From NCBI GenBank assembly GCA_047967505.1, contig CM106538.1: DNA of 64,000 bases; one strand, written 5' to 3'. This document shows, in pieces, positions 38,443 to 50,939 of the stretch. Made by a program: the position numbers and the translations under genes. Each line of letters begins with the position of its first letter. Positions within the stretch are counted from its first letter, which is position 1. Source of the DNA: Dipteris shenzhenensis (Eukaryota). The notes beneath the pieces were generated by a model that was given only the letters and a program-made list of their open reading frames with translations, ran no database searches and was not told the DNA's origin.

Positions 38443-38829
38443 CTACCTAATCTACCTACTCGATGAAAAAAAACTTGAAAACAAACACTTTTTGGAAGTC
38501 AAAATGCAAAAACTCAAAAAAGGGGAGTTCTAGAACATAAAACTACTTCAAAACTTGACAAAATTTTTTACTTTTGTTGTTTTTTTGAGGTGATCACACA
38601 CACACCTTAGCAATCAAGCCTACTAAGATCCTATGAACTTGAAACACCAAAAAGCATAAACAACAAGCTTCCCATGCTCACAAATGGCATTCCTACATGA
38701 AAAAACAGATTTCCATCCTCTCTCTCTCTCTCCTACAACTCCACTAACAAGCTCCAAGGTAAGCTTGAAGACTTGTGCAATGGAATATATCGAAGGGAGA
38801 CAAGTGCAAATGCAAAAACATACCTTTTA

Positions 38830-39913
38830 TCCCTGGCAGTGGCGTCAAAAATGTAGTGGGTCTCATAGGTGACTCACATGTCGTGGGGTAGTTGAAGATA
38901 TGCCGACGGAGTCTCCACTCTCGGCTACTCCTTGTGGGAGCAATGCATAGCGAGAGCCATCCGCAAGTGTCACTCAAGCAGCCTCCGTATTGTTGCAGTG
39001 TGGTTTCACGTGAAGAAGAGGGAAGTGAAAGAGGGGAGGTGAGAGGGAGGAGGAGGGAGAAGGGAGGAGGAGGAGGGAGAAGGGAGTAAAGGCGGATAGA
39101 GTGATAACCACAAAGGCACTACAATGGAAACAAGAGAACACCCAAAACACTCTCTTGGAAGAGAAGAGGGAGCTTGTATTCAAACTTGTGCAAACAACAA
39201 TGAAGACCAAAGTCAAACATTTGGTCTTTTATACATGTCACCTTTTGAAGGGAGGGCCAACCCTTTTTCACTTTACAACCATGGGCTCTTGGGCTCATAG
39301 GATGCCAAGGCATATTTCTATTCTTACCGACTCTCCCTACTATCGGAAATAGCGCTTGTGTTAACCATATTAAAGCTCTAGGGACAAACCTAGTATTAGG
39401 AGGTGGTCGTAACCGGTTCCCAAATAGCGCTTGTGTTAGCCTCGCCACTCCTAGGCTCGAGTGATTTGGGGCTCAAACTCCCTGAGTGCCCTCACACCTT
39501 CACCTATCTGGGGTTCGAACCTCATAGACTAGGCTCAAAACCTGGAGTGACGAGGCTCGACTTCTAGAAGACACCCCATGGCAACCCTGAATGTTGCCAT
39601 CAGGAAGCCTTTTCTTTGGAATATTTGGGGGACAAACTCCTTGAGTTTGAGCTATATTCCTTCCGTGGCTATTTTCGTTGGCGTTGCTATTTTCTGTGGA
39701 TGTGGAGCTGAAAAGTGCAAGGCGGATGCAATCTTCGTGGCCCAAAAGTGTGCATCTCCTTGTTCTTGGTATTCACCTCCTTGTTTTGGGTGGGGGTAGC
39801 TGGAACATAGAGCCTGTGCCTGGGATCCTTGAATCCTTGGACTTTGGAGCGGGTCTTTGGGTATTTGGGGATCAAACTCCCTGAGTTTGAGCTATACTCC
39901 TTCCGTGTGCACA
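38830..39913 (-). mobile_element. 5' LTR and Asp-type PBS of a different Athila-like element (outer LTR boundary uncertain)
   Basis: Minus strand ...cccactaca (38852), ttt, tgacgccactgccaggga (38847-38830); tgtataaaa and CT-rich tract; internal tcaaactccYtgag repeats. Does not match LTR 29593-30506. Confidence 0.6.
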
Positions 39914-40136
39914 TTGCTTGTTGTAATCATTGACCTTGGTGTATTTGGGTATCAAACTCCCTTGAGCTTGTCCTGTTGATGTAGATTATTCGGCTTGGTC
40001 ACCTTTACTCACTAATTATCGTGCATTTGGTGACTGTACTCTCTGTGGATATTAACAAGCCATTATGAGTATGTGACTACCATCGATTGTTTATAGACAT
40101 GGGTAATACCCTATATAGACTAGAATTCTACTACTA

Positions 40137-40340
40137 CTAATTGCATCCTCGATTAAACATGCGATCTAAGAAGGTACTCAACAATACTAAATCCATGAAT
40201 ATTTGTGGTCTTTGATAGGCCCAACAAGACCTTCTATCACGTCTTCTCCTAGCAATCCACTCCCTTCTTACAGGAAAGACTTGAGCCATGCATTGACTAA
40301 TTACGACCAAGTTTTTCATACATTCATCAACACACAATCA
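40137..40340 (-). pseudogene. Possible PIF/Harbinger transposase N-terminal remnant
   Basis: RRRRDRRSCWAYQRPQIFMDLVLLSTFLDRMF(frameshift)SRMQL resembles the basic-W-x-R...F-x3-RM start of HARBI1-like transposases. Confidence 0.35.
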
Positions 40341-41756
40341 CTATAATTTTCTCTATTAGCTGAATCATTGCTATAATGGACACAATAATGGCTATAAGGA
40401 AAACACATATAACCATCTTGTCATCCATTCCTATGCAAAATACATATAACCATCTTGTCATCCATTCTTATGCAAAAGATGAAGTCTTGTCACATCTCTA
40501 AGTTGCATTGTCAAATTGAACACAATAAGAGTTATGATTGAACTAGAAGGTGTCAAATAATTTTCAATCTTAAAAGATTGATTCAAAAGTGATATTTAAA
40601 AAAAGTGACAAAAATTTTGATTTTACTCTAAAAGTGGCAATCAATCTTCAATATAAAAAGATTGATTTAAGAACACCTTTAGTACTTCTTGAAACTCCTC
40701 ATAACATTTAGAGGAAAATAGTAGAAGTTAGTTGCATGAGCATTTGAAGGTTTTGGCAACTCTTCTTTTCGGTCATATTTAGATGTGTTCGCATTTGTGG
40801 CCATATTCTTTGCAATACTAAGCAAGTCAATGAGTGAATCTTCAATCTTTCTTTCATTATTAGATTGTTGGGTAGCGAGATTAGAATTTGTTAGAGCTTT
40901 TGGCAGATCTTTTTCCTCTTTTGGTGGTTGTGATGATTGCTCTACATAGCAAGCTCAATGGTTGCCCCTTAAGTATTCCCTTCTATTGGTGGTGCATGTG
41001 AACCATATATCGACACCCTTTTAAGGAGTCTTGTTGAAGTCATTGGAAATGAAGGAAAAGGTGCACCACCCATACCTCCTTTCAAAGTTCTTATGTCTTT
41101 ATAGAGGAAAAAGTAGGATCCTTGCAATTATGTTGATTGTATTGGTATCCTTTGCTTTTCTTTCTCTCTTTGGAGCCTAATCTTTGTTGGGAAATTACCA
41201 TCTTTTGACTGTGGCTTGTCTGGTTGTTGGGCTATACGTTTCATGGACATTTTGTTGCCCAATTCTAGCTCGAAATGGACAACCACATCAGTTTTTCCCT
41301 CTAGAGTTAATTAAGGAACATTAATTCCTTTCCTTGCTCCCTTGTATAGAGAACATGCATAAAAAAAGAGGAATGTTGTAAGAATTCAATTTTAAAACAA
41401 GCAATTTTGAGTAGACAAACAATTGAAGATATTTGTATGATAATATATAATATATAATTATTATAATCACACATAGTGTGGGCAGGGAGGCCGCATGCTT
41501 CCTTCCCCAAAGAGTTATGATCTGAGGGAACGAGCCCTTCCCTGGGCACCAAGAATATAAACACCGAGAATATAAGCGTCAAAAATAAGTCTCGCAAATG
41601 GATAAGATATTGGCATATTACCTGGATCTCAATAGCCGTAATTGTATTTTTGTATATTACTTGTAAAGCCCATATCTTTTTAACAATTTCAATGTTAACT
41701 TGCATCCACAAATAGAAAAGGAGCAACATGAGGGTGAGAAGTAAAAAGATGGCAAG

Positions 41757-41926
41757 TGAGAGTGCTGTCAACGGAAGCAAGAACGGAAGAGGGAGAGAGA
41801 GAAACAGAGAGCCACACAAGTTTTGGTGGGTGCAGAACCCCCTAATCTTCTTTTTCATTCATTTATATATGTGTTTGAGTATTGTACATAACCGGGGTAA
41901 AGGCACAGTGACCTTTAACGCCCATA
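41757..41926 (-). repeat. Copia 3' LTR; PPT at 41927-41937
   Basis: Direct repeat of 45813-45982; the minus strand reads aagtgggaggt immediately before it. Confidence 0.95.
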
Positions 41927-41979
41927 ACCTCCCACTTAAAGGACAATGTGCCTTTAAGGGGAAACAACCAGTGAGCATA

Positions 41980-44391
41980 CTATCCAATGCCCATCAATAC
42001 ATGACAATACTCAAACTGCTGACTAGGTAGACTCTTCGTCAGCATATCTGCAGGGTTATCATCTGTATGAACGTTGACAAGCTCTATGCGCTTGTCCTCA
42101 AGTACCTCCCTGATGAAATGGTACCTGACCTCAATGTGTTTGGTCTTTGCATGAAAGACCGGACTCCGTGCTAGCTGAATAGCACTCATGGAATCACTAT
42201 GCAATGTCGGTATACCTGTATGAATCCCCAAATCTCCCACTAGCCGATCAAGCCATATAGCCTCCTTGCAACCCTCTGTGGCTGCAACATACTCAGCCTT
42301 TGTGGTAGACAAAGCAATGCACTTCTGTGCGCGAGACATCCACGACACTGCACCACCTGCAAAGGTGAACACATAACCAGAAGTGGATCTCCTACTATCC
42401 ACATGCCTTGCATAGTCTGAATCTGTGTACCCAAGTACACGCATGTCTCCTCTACCAAAGCAGATGCACATCTCCTTGGTACCCTTCATGTACCTCATGA
42501 TGCACTTAACTGCCTCCCAATGCCTCTTTCTTGGATTAGCCATATACCGGCTAACAACTCCCACTGCAAATGCAATGTCTGGTCTAGTAGCTATCATAGC
42601 ATACATAATATTCCCAACTGCTGATGCATAAGGAACCTTGGCCATCATGGCCCTTTCCTCATCTGATTTGGGACTATCTGTATGACTCATTTTCACATAT
42701 GGAGGCAATGGAGTACTCACTGCCTTCCCCCCCTCCATATTGAAACGCTGCAATACTTTTGTAACATACTCTTTTTGTGAAAGCCAAAGGAGTTTCCTAC
42801 TCCGATCAGGCGTGATGCGCATACCAAGAATATGACCTGCAAATCCCAAATCCTTTATATCAAAGGCCTCATGCAACTTGGCCTTTAATGCATCTAGCTC
42901 ATAAGTATTCTTGCTAGCCAATAGCATATGATCCACATATAGTGATAAGATTATCAGGCTATTATCCTTAGCCCTTTTAGTGTAGAGACAGTGATCAATT
43001 TCACTCCTTCTAAAACCCTGGGACCGAATGAAAGCATCAAAATTCTGATACCATTCTCTAGGTGCTTGCTTAAGACCATAGAGACTCTTCTTCAGCTTGC
43101 AAACTAAATGCTCTTTGCCCTTTTCTTCAAAGCCTTCCAGCTGCACCATCTAAATTTCCTCATGCAAATCCCCATGCAAGAAAGCTATCTTGACATCCAT
43201 CGGCATAAGCTCCATATCCTCTAATGCCACTAGTCCAAGCATGCATCTAAGTATGGTCATCTTCACAACTGGAGAGAATATCTCATCAAAGTCCACACCC
43301 TTCTCTTGCTAGAACCCTTTCGCGACCAAACGGGCCTTGTACCTAGGCATATCATCACCTCTGACCTTCATTTTGTAGACCCATTTACATGGCAATGCTT
43401 TCTTTCCATGTGGCAAAGAAACCAAGTCCCAAGTCTTATTCTTCATAAGTGAACTCATCTCTGATTGCATAGCATACTCCCACTTGCGTTGATCCTCACG
43501 CATCATAGCCTCTTTGTAGCAAGAAGGCTCCCCGCAATCAGTAAGCATCACATAGTCTACCCCTGGAACGAACTTATCAGGCGGTCTAGACACTCTAGAT
43601 GATCTTCTCAAGGGCATTTTAGCTTGCTGTCCCACCTGCATATTAGCCACATTTGGCTCATCATTTCCACCAATAGATGATCCATCATCTACCCTTGATT
43701 GTATACATGTGGGAGTACTTGGTGGTACCATTTCTTGCACATTTGGTGCATGGACAACTTGCTGTCTATCAACATATGCAGGTGGATTCACATCCTGGAA
43801 AGTGATTCTCCTCATTTCCACATCCCTCATGGGTGCCTTATGCATTTTCTTCTCATTGAAGACTACATCTCATGGCTGCGTATGATCTTCTTTGCTTCTG
43901 GATCCCAGAGACGATAGCCCAGCTCTCCACTTTTACCATAACCCAGAAAGATGCATTTCCTAGACTTAGGATCTAGCTTCTTTCAAAGCTCTTTTGGCAC
44001 ATGTGCATATGCCTCACACCCAAATATACGCAAATGAGAGTAAGAGGGCTTCTTGCCACTCCATGCCTCTTCAGGAATACCACCATCCAAACTCTTACTA
44101 GGTGATCTATTGATCACATGCACTGCAGTCTTCATTGCCTCAGCCCAAAAACCACCAGAAATAAACTGACTCTACAAGATGAAGTCTAATAGTAGACTTT
44201 GCTAATGCATCCAACTCATTCCAATCATCCTCAGACATATTTGCAGGCTTAGCTTCAATCCCTGCCAAGGGTTTAATCTGCTTCTTTTGAATAAGCACAT
44301 CCCTTATCTATTCTTTCTACAAAGAAAAGTTTGTCCCATCAAACTTTTTAATGTTGAAAAACTCCTTTTCAGACATGGAAGAGGATGCCAT
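41980..44391 (-). pseudogene. Copia gag-pol pseudogene (gag N-terminus fused to integrase C-terminus, RT, RNase H)
   Basis: MASSSMSEKEFFNIKKFDG; FWAEA...IFGCEAY; YKARLVAKG; KSLYGLKQAPREWY; LYVDHML (YVDD mutated); GYTDSDY; TKHIEVRYHF. Confidence 0.95.
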
Positions 44392-45798
44392 AATGCAAAT
44401 AAAACAAAATCCCAAATGCTAGTGCATACAAGAGAGAATCACACCAAATACCAGGTGCACCCAAATGTGTATGCCACAATAGAGTGAAATATCACTGAAA
44501 CTCACGTCTCAAAGCATCTGACTCATGTGCATATACTATGCATCCATATGAGCAAATCTGGCCCAAAAGAAAATGCCAACTGCAATGGCAATCCAAAATG
44601 CCAATAAGTGCCAAATGACTCAAGCATAAACACCGTCCACTGGCATATGCATTAATAATATCTCATCCAAGAGAGCATAGCACTATCAGTGCATCACCTG
44701 CAATGTGTCAAAGCTGTCCCTCAGCATAAAATAGCATCCATGTGCAAAGCGTCCATAAAAATAGCATCCCACAAGGTAATTTGGGCCTATCAGTGCATCC
44801 AATAAGGACCGCAATGCATCCAAATGGCCTATAAATCATCCACTGCAACCAAATGCACACCACGAATGAGCGCACACTGCTCAAACTGCAACCAGAGCGA
44901 TCTGCATAAGGTATGCTCAAGAAATCATGGTCCCACGGTAATGACCGCTACTGAAAATAGAACCTGAGATGCCTCAAAACATGGGTGCCATTGCATAATC
45001 GGACTCAGCAAGAAAATCTGCAAATATCTCTCTTCTGCCAGAACTCCAAAATCCCAACCGATGAGTGAGAAATGGGAGTCAACACTTATCCACTGCCATG
45101 TGGCATAAATCTAAGGTTTCAAAACCTTAGAATGAAAAATGCATAACAGAGAGACGAAATCGAATACACAGAGATCTATAACTCTAAAAATCCTCCACCG
45201 AATCTCGCAAAAACTGATAGGTAGGGGTTTTTGGGCATCCGGATTGCAATGGGATAGACGGTTTTGGAAACTGTGGTCTCAATCACTGGGTCCAACACAC
45301 GGGCTAAAAAACGTTTTTTGAAACAGAGCTATTTGTAAACTCCACCGGAGTGCGAATGATGAGTAACATAGAAGTTTTAGGACCTTCTGAGTCCACCGGA
45401 ACTGATAGATCTGCAAATGGTTGCTCCAAACTTGAGTTCCAACACCCGGACAGAAAAACGCAGAAACTGACACAATGAGTCAGAAATCCAATGGAATGAT
45501 CCCAGATTCAAGAATGAAGGTGTTTCCAAGCTCCTGAAGTAATGTGGACACCAAAAGCAAGCAATAGTTGCCTCTACAAGTCAATACGGAGTCTCTGTCA
45601 TCGAACGGAACAGGAAAAAGCTCAAAAAACGACTTTTTCTTTGAAAACACTTAACAGGCTCTCAAAACCACTTTGCAAAGCCAAAGTGACTTTTCCAAAG
45701 GTTCCTCCAAGGTCTCTGCACACTCGGATGCAAGTCACCCTCCTCCCACAGAGCTGTTGAGTTTCAAGCATTCGCGCACGCTCAGCTAGATCACCCGG

Positions 45799-45810
45799 GC
45801 TCTGAGACCA
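45799..45810 (-). promoter_or_regulatory. tRNA-iMet primer-binding site
   Basis: Minus strand tggtctcagagc, 2 bp from the 5' LTR. Confidence 0.85.
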
Positions 45811-45812
45811 GT

Positions 45813-45982
45813 TGAGAGTGCTCTCAACGGAAGCAAGAACGGAAGAGGGAGAGAGAGAAACAGAGAGCCACACAAGTTTTGGTGGGTGCAGAATCCCCTA
45901 ATCTTCTTTTTCATTCATTTATATATGTGTTTGAGTATTGTACATAAGCGGGGTAAAGGCACATTGACCTTTAACCCCCACA
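45813..45982 (-). repeat. Copia 5' LTR
   Basis: TG...CA termini; adjacent PBS and TSD. Confidence 0.95.
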
Positions 45983-47074
45983 GCAAGGTGGGGAAAGACG
46001 AGACTTTGTATTGTAGTTACCACATCTAGTAGTGGAATGCTTAGTAAAAAGGTGGCAAGGTGGGCATGGACACTGGGGCGAGATGAGACTTGTACCAAAT
46101 CAACCATCTCGGACTTCTTAGAATCATTGCTCATACTACTAGACATGCTCAAATTACTCTTGTCATCTTGCGAGCAACCTCCTTTATGGTCGATCCCTCC
46201 TCTGCCATACAATGATAATGCCCATCGTTTCCAAGAAGGTCTTGGCACCATCCACACTTGAAAAGTAGGGTGGCTCGGAATAGATCTAATATAGAGCATC
46301 CAAAGACGAGAACTCAGCTTGCCTTCAACCTTTTAATCCCCCACTGTCCCATCACAAATACGACCAGTTGTTGCAATGAGAAGTATAATCTCCTGACCGA
46401 CATTTTGATCGTTTGAAATGCTTGCAAGATGTGAATTGCATCAGTTGCATTGGATCTAGGCATTTGTGTTATTGGAACGGTAGCTTGCATCGGAAGAGTG
46501 GTAGTGGAATAGGTCTGGAAGCTTCTCTCTTTGACGATGGATCTTTTGACATTGATAGATTTGACTAATTTCATGAAGCTCGAACATGAGCTTGCCATCC
46601 AGAGGGGCTTAGAAATACTCAAAGGTTCATGAACATGGTCCCGTGGTTGTGTACTATCTTCGATCAAACGAGGCAAGGATCCTCTTAACAGCTTCTTCAG
46701 AATATTGTGCGTGCCAAACCTCGACCCAACTGGATAATATAAAAGGATGAGATCAACACTAGCGATGCCTCAGATCATCCTGATCTACATTAGACACTAG
46801 ACTGTATACAAAAAATTCAAGCGATTACGACTTAACATTTAGGCTTGTAGCTGAACTATGGGCATCCACGAATCGTCGAACCTCATTAGGCTTTAGACTC
46901 CGCAACGTAAAGGCACAGTTTGTAGCCCTGCAAGGGTCTTAGGAAAGGGTGGAGTTTTTCAGCTTGGGTTGGGAAAATGGGGATTTCTTTGGTATTGGTT
47001 AAGTTTGACTAGTTAGTGGAATCTCTAGGGTTGGTCGAGGGTTAGTTGGGTGGTTAGTCGTGTTTTGAATATAG

Positions 47075-47200
47075 GAGCTTTTCCTACATAGCAACTTTCC
47101 TACCCAAGAACTTTCTTATAGGAGTTTTTCGTCCGTAGCAACTTTCCTCCAGAGGAACTTTCTAGTAGCAAGTTTCCTACATAACCTTTCCTATGAACTC
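47075..47200. repeat. Degenerate short tandem repeat with AACTTTCCT core
   Basis: About 8 recurrences of (g/c)aactttcct-like motifs at 12-20 bp spacing. Confidence 0.6.
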
Positions 47201-48872
47201 CTTAAAGACACAGTTGCTGTAGTAACATGAACAACAAAGGAAGCGGCTTTGCAACTATGGAGATGCTTGCAAGGAGGGACTTCTACCATGGTTTTGCCAA
47301 CTGACAATGCACAAACGGGCCTGGAAGTGATTGAGAAGATGAAAGAGGAAGGACTAGAGATCAGCTTAGTTCCTAGTTTCCATCCATTTGGGTCTGTGTT
47401 GTTAGGGTTTTCGTTTGTCATTGGATCTCTTGATCTCTGTCAACCTTCTCGATGCAACATTCCTTCAATCAATCCATAAGCTTTTCCATCGCTTTATCTC
47501 TCTAAACTTATTTGCGTTGTTTTTGGATTTCATCTATTTCATGAGATAAACTTTTTGGCTTGCCACGTCGAAACGTGGAAGCCTTATTGACGGTGGGTGA
47601 GCTTCTCAAAGCGAAAAGAATTTCATCCATTTTTCGTGCCCTTCTCTAATTTCCAAGTTCCCTCTCAAGGCAAGCCCCCTCCCCCCCCCCCCCCTCTCTC
47701 TCTTCTCTCTTCTCCTTGCTGCACATCCAAGTCCTTTCTCTCTCTTCTTCTTCTTCTTCTTCTTGTTCTCTCTCTCAGCTTCCAGGCCTTTGTTGTCTCT
47801 GTCAGCTTCGAGGGCAGGCCTTCTGAATGTATTCAACTTGTTTGTTAGAGTGGAAAATTAATTAAATTAAAAGAGAGAAAATATTCAATGAAACCAATTT
47901 TATGTTTGAGCAATGTGCCTTTTAACAATGCTCAAGACCATGGCTACGCTCACCTTTTCTACATCATCCCATCGCCCATATATATTTGAGAGCCAAACAC
48001 CAAGCAATGTCATCCAAATCTGTGAAACAAGGTGGAGAAGAAACAGCAGGTACGCAGACGCAGGAAATGGGAGACAATACCTGATCATGAAGAAACGGCA
48101 AGATCTATGCCGCCTTGCAACTGTCATTTCATGCGCAGCAGCAGGTCTTACATGATCCTAAAGCTTCACAATTGCAGAGTTCTCAGTTCCAAACTTTGAC
48201 AAAAATTAGAATGTTGATCCGGTTTTCCTTGAATACAACAAGGCGTGGATCTCGAATTTATCATATTGCTCCACAAATTACATGTAACAAAACAAGATAC
48301 CCACAACGAAAACCTTGCGAATATACACTGCGCAACCTTCAAGGTAGAACATGATCGTCCTTTGTCTGCTTGGTTAGGCAGAACGAGAATGCAGCAGCAT
48401 GCAAGCCATGAAAGAGAGTTTGCTCCGGCGTCTAAGATGAATTCAGAGAACACTGGGACACAAACATGTGAAACCAACAAAAAGGAGAGAAGAAACAGCA
48501 ACGGGTATCCTCATGCAACAAGCGGCGACGTTGGCGAGCAATCGCAGGAAGAAGAAGCCCAAACATGGGCAGCAGGAAGAAGCAACAATCGTTTGTCCGT
48601 TGGTTCAGCACACGAACAATTGCACAAAGAAAAAGCACGAACAATTGCCCATCAAAAATGGGCACCAGGAAGAAGCAATAATCGTAACCTGGCGCTGCCA
48701 TGCATTCGTGGAAACAGCAGCAGATTGAAGCTGATGGAAGAGGATGCGGCAAATCTCAATCCTCCAACGTGGCATCCTTTTAGCCTTTCAAATGATATCC
48801 ATTCCAACAATTCTATCAAGCAGTAATTGCACTCCAACTCCCAATTCTTATTCGTAACCTCTCCTCCCTAGC

Positions 48873-49019
48873 ATGGAATTCACGACTCAGTTTTCGACCT
48901 TGCTTCATCTATGCCCTTCTCTGCATCACCACCTTCCTCCATCTCCATCCCTTGCCCCTCCTCGTGCCCGCTTTGCCCCCGCCATCCGAGCAGGTCCGCC
49001 TCTGATCCAGACCCGACTG
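48873..49019 (+). CDS. Candidate first coding exon with transit-peptide-like composition
   Basis: MEFTTQFSTLLHLCPSLHHHLPPSPSLAPPRARFAPAIRAGPPLIQTRL, then ctg|gtaatt donor (phase 0); CT-rich context with ccaat and acgtgg upstream. Confidence 0.3.
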
Positions 49020-50039
49020 GTAATTCTCAGCTACTTTGCAAGCACAACTTCAGTTCGAGCTTCTCTTGGAAATACACGTAAACAAGAACCAATACAAACG
49101 CAGATTTCATTCTCGTTTTGGTTTCTTGTTAATCTTGAAGAAGCTCCCCTCATAATTAGTGTCGCATTCGCAAGACGCAAAGTGTGTGGTCGGCGCTAAA
49201 CTGTGGAGATCTTGCAATGCGTCTCATCAAGTACCTGAGGAAGGGACGGCTTGCGGAGACCCGTTGGGTATCGGAGACGTGTGATAGAAATTGGAACTAT
49301 ACAAAGAATCAGGGAGGTCTTTCCGTCCCACTGAGTCCATACGGGCTTCAACAGCAGAGTTAGCGCAAAGCATTTTGTCCTGAATCCGGTTAAACCAGCG
49401 GACAAAGCTGCCATAAGTCTTGGCAATCTTAAATTTGTAGCTGCATAACCACGGACACTCGGGAGATTCTTACCTTGTTCAGCTTGTTTACCAATGCCCG
49501 AGAAACTTAACATTTTATCGGAGACTGCTGATGGTGTTACCCCATTCACGCTCAATCCAAATGAACGTTTCAAATACCTGTCTTAGCTCGGCCGCCACAC
49601 CGGCACAGAAAGCACAATCATAGGAGATTATGGTGCAAATGTATCTCTTTCGACAACGCGTTCAAGATATAGGTCTTCTTAGTCTTGTCCTTTCGCAAAA
49701 GTCTTCCTTGGTGGATTTCAACTGCTGACTCGGAGTCTTCAACTGGCTTCTCCACCTCCTTGTTATAGATTGCCAGTCACACTAGTCTGGGTACCTTCGA
49801 GAGGCCTCTCGAATAATAGTCTTAGGCTATACTCCATCTCATGAAATATTTCGTTGCAGTGTGCACGCTACAATCTTCTTGCAAGAGTTTTAGCTTGCCT
49901 TCATAGTAAACTCTTCCTCTCTATCTAGTCTTCACAGTCCTCATTCTCCATTCGTTGAGCTTTTCAAAGGTTTGGGAATTCTTTTACATAACTTATCCTC
50001 AAATCATGGGATATAATTCTCAACAAGGGCTTATGATTA

Positions 50040-50830
50040 TCAAGTTTCAGAAGGTCATACTATTGTCTGATATGCACAATTGACCCACTACCAACACCAT
50101 GGAGTCCAATCTCAAATTGGACTGCTATCTCAATGGATGATGATGCACTGGATATTGATCCCAACATTACAAGTCTATCTGACCATCACACGTTCTCATA
50201 TGCAGCTGGTAGCTTAGTCAAACTTATGCGAAAACCAAGAAATATCTACAAGTAGCTAAAAGTCTACATAGGTACTTAAAAGGCTTATGGGATTATGGCC
50301 TGATATATGAGAACAAATCTGCTCTAGAATCGTTTGGATACACAAATGTAGATTAGGTAGGAAGGGTTGTTGATAAATCGATCAGTGGAAACCTGTTCAG
50401 TCCTACCCCAAAAACGATATCACAGCAACACGAGAAACAACCAATAGTGCACGATCTTCAATCAAAGCAGGAAAAATTCGGATACTTCTTCAGAGATCCG
50501 ACAACCCTTTCTTCAAAACATAATTAGCATTCAACTCGCAAAGAATCTAGTGTTTATGCCAAGACAAAACATTTTGAAGTTTACTATTCCTTTATTGAGG
50601 AAAAGTCCAAAGTGTGACGGTAGGCTTAGTTAATGCTACCTCTTATGAATAGGTTACATACATTTCACAAACCCACCATTATTGACAAATCCTTGCACTT
50701 TTGACAACAACATTGCATCGGCCAAAACCATCAGCATCTAACAAATGCGGTGCTTATTGTTGTTGAGCTTATATCTTGGACCTTTTAGTTCAAAAGTTCT
50801 AACTAATGCTAATTTAAGAGGGGTATTGAA
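50040..50830 (+). mobile_element. Heavily decayed copia RT/RNase H 3' fragment with PPT
   Basis: RYLKGLWDYGLIY, GYTNVD*VG, SIQLAKNLVF.AKTKHFEVYY; aagagggg purine tract at ~50816-50823. Confidence 0.8.
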
Positions 50831-50939
50831 GCACGTTACCTAGCTCTGATATATGCATTTAGGATACGTCCCCAAAGAGGACTCAAAATATGCTATGGAA
50901 TTCTAATTTTAAGACATACAGTTTCTTACTATCACATGT

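Larger units (their letters stand above)
41757..45982 (-). mobile_element. Internally deleted Ty1/copia LTR retrotransposon with 5-bp TSD GCAAG
   Basis: 170-bp LTRs at 41757-41926 and 45813-45982 (6 mismatches); gcaag at 41752-41756 and 45983-45987; PBS and PPT present; integrase-RT-RNase H order. Confidence 0.97.

Noticed and set aside
38852-39913. Cognate 5' LTR of the 29593-30506 LTR
   Set aside because: Termini and internal sequence do not match.
41307-41858. 183-aa hydrophobic ORF
   Set aside because: Starts inside the copia LTR and reads through T-rich flank; compositional artefact.
48245-48826. 193-aa ORF as a host gene
   Set aside because: Low-complexity with an internal ~93-bp duplication, overlapping ORFs in several frames, and no recognisable domain.
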